From Spirochaetales bacterium (GTDB taxonomy: Bacteria; Spirochaetota; Spirochaetia; DSM-27196; PWMO01), in NCBI GenBank assembly GCA_007123465.1, contig SKLB01000228.1, positions 1-39,999 of the forward strand: 39,999 nucleotides of DNA, in the 5' to 3' direction. A model generated the notes under the pieces. That model ran no database searches, was not told the origin of the DNA, and was given only the letters and a program-made list of their open reading frames with translations. Shown one piece after another: positions 34,699 through 39,999 of the stretch. The position numbers were made by a program, and so were the translations under genes. Position 1 is the first letter of the stretch. Every line of letters starts with the position of its first letter.

Positions 34699-35768
34699 AT
34701 GAAGACCGAAGGACTGCTGCGCAGGGCGATTCGCATTCAGAATAGCGGCAGCCCGAGCGGGGCTGCTACGCCGTCGCACGCCCAGGTTCAGCCACAAAAA
34801 AAAAAGCGCTCGCCGAGCTTCTCCGTGAGGCGCCTGCGGTTGACCAGCCGGTCGAGAACCTCGATGCGGAAGCTGCAGTTGCCCACCTGCTGAGAGAGTT
34901 TGAGACTATCCACACCGGCTTCGACGCGCCGGTACGCGTGTTCTCACTGTTGTGCCGGGATCTCGGGATAGAAAAAGGTGCATTGCTCCTGCCGGACTAT
35001 GACGGCGTACATTTTGCGCCGTGGGCTCTGCGCGGTATCGACAGCACCTCCGAGCGGCGCATGCAGATACCGTCAGCCATGCTGCAGGAAATGTGTGATG
35101 TCACCGCGGTTGATATCCTGCAGGCTGAACGCCTCGAGCCGTGGCGGCGCTACTTCTCTTTCCGCGAAGGTTCAATGTTGAAGCATCTGGCGCTGATCCC
35201 ATTCTGCGTTGACAGCTCGCCGTTGGCAGTGATCCTTATTGCAGCCAGTCCCTACCTGCAGGTCGAACACATCGCTATTCGCCTGATTGTCTCAGCAATT
35301 CGCGAGCGCGCACTCGCTCTGATTCTGCACGATCATGAAGCCCGCGTACGGGCCCGCTTCCGTCACGTACTGAGCGCGCACAACGACATTGTGCAGCGTA
35401 TCAGCGAAGAGCTCGAGCGACCGGATGTCACCTCGGTCACTGCGGTGGTAATCGAAGTGGCAACGCTGCTGACCGCAGTCAGCGACAGTAACCATGACGC
35501 TGATCGATATCACCTGCAGCAGGATCTGCTGCGGATAATTGGATCGATGGTGGAGGATAGTGCCACAGCCGGCCTGTCGGCGCCGGGCAGGATTGTGCTG
35601 ATTCTGCAACCAGGCCTTGCGCTGGGTCCGGAACTGCTGGTTCACCAGCTGCAGTTGTCGTTGGCGGAGCTGTTTCAGGAGCTGCCCCAACCGATTGACC
35701 TCAAACCACGCTACAAGACAATAACGCGTGACGTAGCTGCCGTCGACGAACTGCTGTCTTCACCCTGA
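34699..35768 (+). CDS. Hypothetical protein of about 356 aa split by a -1 frameshift at A10 (34796-34805)
   Basis: The first ORF reads CAA AAA AAA AAG. The -1 frame continues ALAELLREAPAV...GFDAPVRVFSLL without a stop into the ORF at 34938-35768. Confidence 0.72.
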
Positions 35769-35783
35769 ACCGGTGGTGTCTCA

Positions 35784-37355
35784 ATGATCAAAATCATGCA
35801 CGCACGCAACGGACAGCTCGCGGCTCAGGCCGACGGCAGGGCGCTGTATTCACGCTACGATCCGGCTGCCGAGGCGATGCGCTTTGTCAGGCGCGAACTC
35901 GCCGCAGCGCAACAGTGCACCACTGTCGTGATTCTCGGTGAAGGGCTGGGGTACCTCACGGCGGCGCTGCGCACTCTGCAGCCTGCTGCACGAATCGTTG
36001 CGGTCCATCTGAACGCAGCGCTTTTCGCCAGGCGAATCTGCGATGCCGATCAGCAGTGGTGCGTCGCAGAACCAGGACGGATCACCTTCGAGCAATTCCT
36101 CGAACAACAGATCGCCGATGAAGAGATCGACGGGCTGGTGTTGCTGACGTGGGAACCGTGCACGCGCGCATTTGCAGCTCAGGCGGAACCGATCGCGGCG
36201 GCAGTGCGCAACTTCCTCGATCAGCGCTCCGCCACTCTGGCCACCGAGCGCTATTACGGCGCACGCTGGATCAGTAACAGTGTTGTGAACGCAATTGAGC
36301 TGCAGCCGTTACCGCGTATCAAGGGCAGAAACGCTCCGGTGGCGATCGCGGCCGGCGGTCCTTCCCTGCCGGAGTCGTTGGAGCTGCTCAAGCAGCGAGA
36401 CCGCGGGGTATCACTCTGGGCGCTGCCCTCGGCGCTTCCCATTCTGTTGCACGCCGGATGCCCTCCCGATCTGGTTGTTACCACCGACGCCGGTTTCTAC
36501 GCCACACACCACCTGCGCCAGCTGCGCACCTGGCCAAACATACCTCTGGCCGCTCCGCTGTCGGCCGCGTTGATATTGCAGGTGCGCCGCCGCCCGACGC
36601 TGATTCTCAACCAGGGAAGCTGGTTTGAGCACGACCTGCTCTCCGATTGCGGTCTGCCGTGGGTTGCAGTCCCGGCGCACGGAACGGTAGCCGGTTCAGC
36701 CTGGTACCTGGCCGCCGCACTTGGGGCAACCGAAGTAGTGTTTGCAGGGTTAGACCTCTGCATTCGCGACATCCGGTCCCATCCGCGCGGCCATGCCTTC
36801 GAGCCACTGCTGTATAGCGGGGAGCAGCGGCTGCGTCCCTTGCACCATGTCCTGTTTGAGCGCAACGTTACAGCGAGCGAACGCATCGCAGCAGCATCGA
36901 TCGAGCGGACTTCGCGTGCGCTGCGCACGTACGCTGCCTGGTTTCGCGGCCACGCTGCCGCGATGCCAATTCCCGCTTCGCGCCTGGCTCCTTCACCGGT
37001 TGACACCGCTCTGGCGCCGTGTCACCGTCTGCCGCGCTGCGCCGATGCCGGGTACGCAGGCCCGGGGACACCGGCCGGTACCGTCGACCGCCGCCATGCG
37101 CTGCACCAACGTCTCTGCACCTGGCAGCTTCAGACAGAAGAGCTGAACTCTGCGTTCTGCACCGCTGGCACACAGCGAGATCAACAGCAGCAGCGCCTGC
37201 TGGCCATGGCGCGCACCGTTGACACCGCCGGATATCTCCAGGCGCTGCGAGCGCTGCGCAACAACGATCAGCCCGACAAGCGTGTGCAACGGTTGCAGCG
37301 GCGTCTGCAGCAGTTCTTTGACCACTTGCGGCGACGGGTGGAGCAGGCCGCGTGA
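35784..37355 (+). CDS. Maf/DUF115 (MptE-like) motility-associated factor family protein
   Basis: LYSRYDP..EA, ILGEGLGY, AGGPSL, PDLVVTTD and GTVA...LGA..VVFAGLDL motifs. Confidence 0.85.
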   Translation: MIKIMHARNGQLAAQADGRALYSRYDPAAEAMRFVRRELAAAQQCTTVVILGEGLGYLTAALRTLQPAARIVAVHLNAALFARRICDADQQWCVAEPGRITFEQFLEQQIADEEIDGLVLLTWEPCTRAFAAQAEPIAAAVRNFLDQRSATLATERYYGARWISNSVVNAIELQPLPRIKGRNAPVAIAAGGPSLPESLELLKQRDRGVSLWALPSALPILLHAGCPPDLVVTTDAGFYATHHLRQLRTWPNIPLAAPLSAALILQVRRRPTLILNQGSWFEHDLLSDCGLPWVAVPAHGTVAGSAWYLAAALGATEVVFAGLDLCIRDIRSHPRGHAFEPLLYSGEQRLRPLHHVLFERNVTASERIAAASIERTSRALRTYAAWFRGHAAAMPIPASRLAPSPVDTALAPCHRLPRCADAGYAGPGTPAGTVDRRHALHQRLCTWQLQTEELNSAFCTAGTQRDQQQQRLLAMARTVDTAGYLQALRALRNNDQPDKRVQRLQRRLQQFFDHLRRRVEQAA

Positions 37356-39010
37356 ACATCCTGCAGAAGAATCTTGCCACGTTGTCCCTGCGGCATGCGG
37401 CGCTCTCAAAACGGCTGACAGAGCTGCGCCCGAGTTCCCGGGTGCGCTTCAGCGCCAGCCGTGCCGGACCGCTCTACGCGGTTATTGGAGACGAACGAGA
37501 GACCGCGCTGCACTCGCGCTTCGATCCACGCCGCGAGGCCTCACGGCTGGTAGCCGGCAGCCGCAGCTCGGGCTTCTGCCTCGTCCTGGGCCTGGGCCTG
37601 GGGTATCATGTCCGTGAACTACTGTGCCAGCCTCACCTCCAGCGTGCGCTGATTATTGAGTATGACGGCGCGCTGCTGCGCGCCATTCTCGAGCGGCAGG
37701 ATCTGAGTGATGTGTGGCAGGACAGTCGGGTTCAGCTCTATGTCGATCAAGCGCCACACGCCGTTGCCTCCGCTATTGCGCAGCACTACGTTCCGGTTCT
37801 TCACGGCAATCTTTCAACCCTGCTGTTGCGCGGCAGGTTTGACTGTGACCGAGCGCTGTTCAGCGATGCAGGGACAGCTGCTTCCGAGGCCGCCGAAGCT
37901 GCCGGTGCTGACCTCAGCGTGCAGCGCGTCTTTGGCCGCCAGTGGATGCGCAACATCATCACCAACAGCCTTGCCTGCCCGGTACAACCCGGCTTGCCGC
38001 GTTGCCGCAGCGCGATTGTCAGCGCAGCCGGACCGTCGCTGGACAACAAAATCGACGCCATAGCACGACGCAAAGCGGACCAGTTGCTGATTGCCACCGA
38101 TACATCGCTGCCGCGACTGCTGGGCGCCGGCATCCGGCCGGATCTGGTGCTTGCTATCGACTGCCAGCTGGCATCGTATCTGCACGTGCTGGCTACCGCC
38201 AAACAGCAGCTGACACTGGTAGCTGACGCCGGGGTCCATCCGGCGCTTACGCGCCGTTTTTCGGCCGTACATCTGATCGGCGGAGGCCATCCGCTGCTCG
38301 CTTATCTACGCACCGAGGGCGTCCCGATAACCTGGCTTGATACCTCCGACGGCAGCGTAACTCACGCCGCGGTTCGTCTGGCGGTCCAGCTCGGAGCCAA
38401 ACAGATCGAGGTCCACGGCGCCGATTTCTGCTATCCGCGCGGCAGCGCGTACGCCCGCGGCAGCTACATTCATAGTCACATGATCGGCCGTGCCCGGCGC
38501 ACAGTGCCATACGCCAGCGGTCTGTACCGCTTTGTGCTCGAGCGCCCCGAACTTGAACTCGACCAGATAGACGGCCACTGGGCCTACACCACAAAGGTGA
38601 TGCGTCACTACCACCAACGTTTTACAAATCTGCAAGCGGAACTAGGGGCGCGCATCGTACGCCCAATCGGCGGTGCGCGAATCGACAGCGGCACCGTGCA
38701 GTCCGGCGTGCAGGATCACCGCTGCAGCGAGCACGGCGCACCCGCGCCGCTGAACACTGCCGGCGACACTGCTGCAGGTAACGCTCACTCCGTGCTTGGC
38801 GCCTATCGCCGGGCGCTGGCACAGATCCCCACTGTACACGATCCGCTGTGGTTCTACTTTGATCAGAGCACGGCCGCCGAGCGGCGCCTGTGGCAGACGC
38901 TGTTTCCTCTGGCGGCGTTCTTCTCGGCTCAGTCAAGGCCCGTTGGAACCGCGGCGCTACTCGAACACACCCGCGATAGCGCACTGCAACTGCTCAAGCA
39001 GCTGGTATAG
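37352..39010 (+). CDS. Second Maf/DUF115 family protein
   Basis: LHSRFDPRREA, LGLGLGYH, AAGPSLD, IRPDLVLAID and GSVTHAA...LGA....GADF motifs; GTGA overlap with the upstream gene. Confidence 0.87.
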   Translation: MNILQKNLATLSLRHAALSKRLTELRPSSRVRFSASRAGPLYAVIGDERETALHSRFDPRREASRLVAGSRSSGFCLVLGLGLGYHVRELLCQPHLQRALIIEYDGALLRAILERQDLSDVWQDSRVQLYVDQAPHAVASAIAQHYVPVLHGNLSTLLLRGRFDCDRALFSDAGTAASEAAEAAGADLSVQRVFGRQWMRNIITNSLACPVQPGLPRCRSAIVSAAGPSLDNKIDAIARRKADQLLIATDTSLPRLLGAGIRPDLVLAIDCQLASYLHVLATAKQQLTLVADAGVHPALTRRFSAVHLIGGGHPLLAYLRTEGVPITWLDTSDGSVTHAAVRLAVQLGAKQIEVHGADFCYPRGSAYARGSYIHSHMIGRARRTVPYASGLYRFVLERPELELDQIDGHWAYTTKVMRHYHQRFTNLQAELGARIVRPIGGARIDSGTVQSGVQDHRCSEHGAPAPLNTAGDTAAGNAHSVLGAYRRALAQIPTVHDPLWFYFDQSTAAERRLWQTLFPLAAFFSAQSRPVGTAALLEHTRDSALQLLKQLV

Positions 39011-39011
39011 A

Positions 39012-39836
39012 TCAGACCCAGAAACCGACGGCAGCGTAACCGACAAAGTTTGCATCACCGGACCGATCAAAGCTATTGGCATACCCCAACTCACGCCCGC
39101 GCTCTGCTCCCTGCGTCCTCGCGAAGGCAACTGCGGCGGCTGCGGCTCCAGGCGAGCAGGCCGACTGGTTACGCGCTGCATGTTCAAGCAGCGCCTCGGG
39201 GTCGGCCGCCACACTGCAGTCCAGAAAACCGCGGTCATTGACCGTCTCGGCCCATCGTCGGTTGCTCTCACGCGAACCCGGGCGCGTCAGAGCGAAACGC
39301 GGACCGTAGTGCGTCAAATCTGTTGACCCGACAACGGTCAGCTTGTGCTGCTCGGCCTCACGCGCCAGTAGCTGCCCCAGCGCTATCGCGCTGCGGTCAG
39401 CCGGAGCACGCAGCCAGACCACGCGTGCCCGGGGGAAGAGGTGGGCTATCAGCGGAAGATGAATTTCAACCGAGTTCTCGCGGCTGTTGTCGGCGCTAGT
39501 GGACAATTCGCCCCGGACCTTGTGCACTAGCTCGGTGTCGGACTCAACAACACCCAGCGGTGTCTCAAACCCCTGCTCAACAGCCACCAGAATCGGCTGT
39601 CCGGGGGCCAGGTGCCCACCGATCACCACAACGGTCCGTGCGTCCGGATCAAGCGCCCTCACACCGCGGTACGCAAGCTCACCCGAGAAGGCCCAACCGG
39701 CATGCGGCACAATTGCGGCACACGCGCCGCTGTCGTCGCTGATCTGATTGTGCCATTGCCGGCAAACCTCGCGCACCGCACCCGCGTCCGCAGGATACCA
39801 GCCGGCAGGCAGACCCCGCTGTCGGATAGTTGCCAT
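39012..39836 (-). CDS. amrB: AmmeMemoRadiSam system protein B (MEMO1 family)
   Basis: AGWYP, IVPHAGWAFSG, ENSVEIHLP, STDLTHYG and VGYAAV motifs; start ATG 39836. Confidence 0.92.
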   Translation of the reverse strand: MATIRQRGLPAGWYPADAGAVREVCRQWHNQISDDSGACAAIVPHAGWAFSGELAYRGVRALDPDARTVVVIGGHLAPGQPILVAVEQGFETPLGVVESDTELVHKVRGELSTSADNSRENSVEIHLPLIAHLFPRARVVWLRAPADRSAIALGQLLAREAEQHKLTVVGSTDLTHYGPRFALTRPGSRESNRRWAETVNDRGFLDCSVAADPEALLEHAARNQSACSPGAAAAAVAFARTQGAERGRELGYANSFDRSGDANFVGYAAVGFWV

Positions 39837-39882
39837 GACTTCATGATACACCGTATTCCGGTGTGGAGAAAAGTGTGGGAAG

Positions 39883-39909
39883 TGGTGCCGAAAATGTTGT
39901 TCGGCACCA
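39883..39909. terminator. 10-bp perfect hairpin, possibly the terminator of an upstream minus-strand gene
   Basis: TGGTGCCGAA-N7-TTCGGCACCA; only a weak pyrimidine tail on the minus strand. Confidence 0.4.
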
Positions 39910-39999
39910 GCAGCGCCGGATCTCATCCCTGCGGTCCGCGCCACCGCTCTGCGTGACCCTCTGTCACCTCGTCAGCCCGCAGGAACCGTCTACGCCACC

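Noticed and set aside
39920..39999. 3' end of an upstream minus-strand gene
   Set aside because: Too short to determine frame or identity.

Overview
High-GC bacterial chromosomal window with about 34 densely packed CDSs and no rRNA, tRNA, IS element or CRISPR array detected. It most likely comes from a free-living spirochaete (Spirochaetales), judged from the S21 sequence, the lon/recJ/M23/rpsU neighbourhood and tandem DUF115 genes. In order it holds: a cstA-small protein-ArsA-like ATPase-membrane protein cluster, an MFS transporter, a DUF21 protein, a membrane alpha/beta hydrolase, a GATase, mutL, trxB, three TPR proteins (one ending in a degenerate Mrr-like domain), a metallophosphoesterase plus ParB-like pair, an operon pdp-recJ-M23-rpsU-SelB-like-lipoprotein, rnd, recO, lon, a VanY-type peptidase, a U32 protein, a GH20-like pseudoenzyme, DUF1015, an ftsB-like gene, an operon of a very acidic protein, a frameshifted gene and two Maf/DUF115 genes, and an AmmeMemoRadiSam B gene. 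Four observations stand out. (1) The Maf operon has a sigma28-like promoter, and its second gene is split by a -1 frameshift at an in-phase A_AAA_AAG inside an A10 run. (2) A SelB-derived protein without a GTPase domain follows rpsU. (3) rpsU probably starts at ATC. (4) Several genes look leaderless. All family calls come from motif recognition by eye; no database searches were run.
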